The notes below the pieces were generated by a model. That model ran no database searches and was not told the DNA's origin. It was given only the letters and a program-made list of their open reading frames with translations. From contig JAUCBJ010000564.1 of assembly GCA_032718475.1 (NCBI GenBank), forward strand, positions 1 through 64,000: a stretch of 64,000 nucleotides of DNA. Direction: 5' to 3'. Position 1 is the first letter of the stretch. Every line of letters begins with the position of its first letter. Made by a program: the position numbers and the translations under genes. Positions 62,504 to 64,000 of the stretch are shown here, piece by piece. Source of the DNA: Nemertoderma westbladi. Its lineage: Eukaryota; Animalia; Xenacoelomorpha.

Positions 62504-64000
62504 TGATGAATTATTTCACTATAAGGTAGCATTTGTAGTTTAACTTTAACGTAAAAACTTTTGAAAATCCGACGTATTTTGATTAAATTACAGTAATGTA
62601 ATATGCCTATTCATATTTGTACACATAAAACCCTTAGGTACTCTCGTGGCGTAGTGGTCAGATGGTTAAGGCGTTGGTTACATTACGTAGGTTACGAGTT
62701 CGAATCCCAGTCGGGAAATTTGTATTTTGGGGCCATTTATTTTCGTGTGGTGCTAATTGGTAGGCCAATGAGAAGCGTACAGCGTAGCGAATAATGAGCC
62801 AGGCCAATCATAGGGCATAAATTATCTTATTGCTCAAATGTGAGGCAGTGGAAAATTCTGTTAGGATTCCATGTCCCAGATTAGTGTAAGGGCTGGACTG
62901 CGTTGAACGATGAGCTGGGCCAATCATAGGGCACGACGCACTTCATTGCTCAATGGTGAAGCTGTGGAAAATTCTGTTTAGTTTCCATGTGCAATTTCTA
63001 GTATAAAAAGGGCCGTTTTGCCTTCGGTTATCACCTTCCGTTATAATTTCTTATAACGTTACTCTATCACTTTATTCTTGTAAAATTAGTTAATTCGGTT
63101 TCTTGTTGAAACTTACTTTGATAAATCCTTTGTTAAAACTGTAAATATACTGCAATTTCCTGACATGTTTTCTTTTGGTCCGACTTCGGGACAGCCGAAC
63201 ACCAGGGAGATGTCAGCCTAGACCGTTAGGCCGTAAGCAACGCAGGGAAGGGATGTCCACAACACGCTAGCGCCCACATTTGGATTGACCGCGCACCCCC
63301 TTTGCCCTTCGAAATGCTCAACTTGCCATGCAGCGCCCGCTTTGTGAGAAAGGTAAGACTTTGTTCGACGCCCTTGCCCGCCGTAAGACCTATAGATCAG
63401 GGTAAGCGTGACACCGTACTGGACGCCGCAAATTTAGGATCAAATAATTATATCCAGACACCCCCCCTTTGTCAAGTCCTACGAATCCCTGGGTTAACCT
63501 GTACTTCCTGCAGGTGCGAACTATTGCCATTCGTCAGTACGCGAGTACACATTAGGTACGGACAGCATACGTTCCATAATTTAGTGATTCATAGCACTGA
63601 CTGTTTGGTACCGGTTCGCTTTGTAGAACGTACATTAGTACCCCCCCCCCCCTCCTGTCTGGAGTTAGCTATTTGATCAGGCAAGGAGTATTTCTGCTAC
63701 CGGCACACTGCTTGGCCTAGGGAGGTTTTATTAATATCCTACCGCGCCTTGCCACGTACTGATAGGTATTGCTGCTAACTACCGCAGCAACAAAGTTCTA
63801 GAATTAAATTAGTATACCAGATCAGCTAACGTACGGTAGCGATTAACCCCTATTCTTATCTTACAACCAGAATCTGGTATTAGTGCCGATCACGGGTGTA
63901 GTTACTAACACTGTGGTTGCCCATTGGGTTGTGGATAGGAAGGAGAGAGCTTTGACGTCATTCGTGAGTATAAAGTTCTACAAACGCGACTAGTTTATTT
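62504..64000 (+). mobile_element. LTR of a diverged sister subfamily of element 1, running off the window
   Basis: Starts TGATGAATTATTTCACTATA after satellite GAGTTG; colinear with 53282-54670 but with more substitutions and an extra CCAAT module at ~62895-62990. Confidence 0.92.

Overview
AT-rich metazoan (invertebrate-like) genomic DNA, almost entirely intronic and repetitive; the ORF track misses the host genes. Reading splice sites by hand gives three coding exons of a NOS1AP/CAPON gene (minus strand, 11456 to 2561) and one 100-bp exon of a DPP4/DPP6/DPP10-family peptidase whose catalytic Ser is replaced by Ala (23270 to 23171). The left third also holds a full-length decayed RTE element with TSD, several MITEs, a ~3-kb segmental duplication and a truncated CRE-like retrotransposon with an N-terminal Ulp1 protease. 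From 23330 onward is a 15-bp satellite, (GACACGAGTTGTACA)n, split by a 27.7-kb BEL/Pao element (2.19-kb LTRs, ACGAG TSD, gag plus integrase, no recognisable RT). Nested in it are an RTE fragment, a second gag-only BEL-like element, an L2/CR1-type fragment and a young GalEa-type Copia. A sister LTR begins at 62504. Main finding: neither BEL-type element has a tRNA (TGG...) primer-binding site. In each, the 9-10 nt right after the 5' LTR are perfectly complementary to a hairpin inside its own LTR, and the sister LTR keeps the stem but swaps the loop. This is a candidate tRNA-independent, subfamily-specific self-priming system, testable ~800 bp beyond the window. All alignments were done by eye; no database searches were run.
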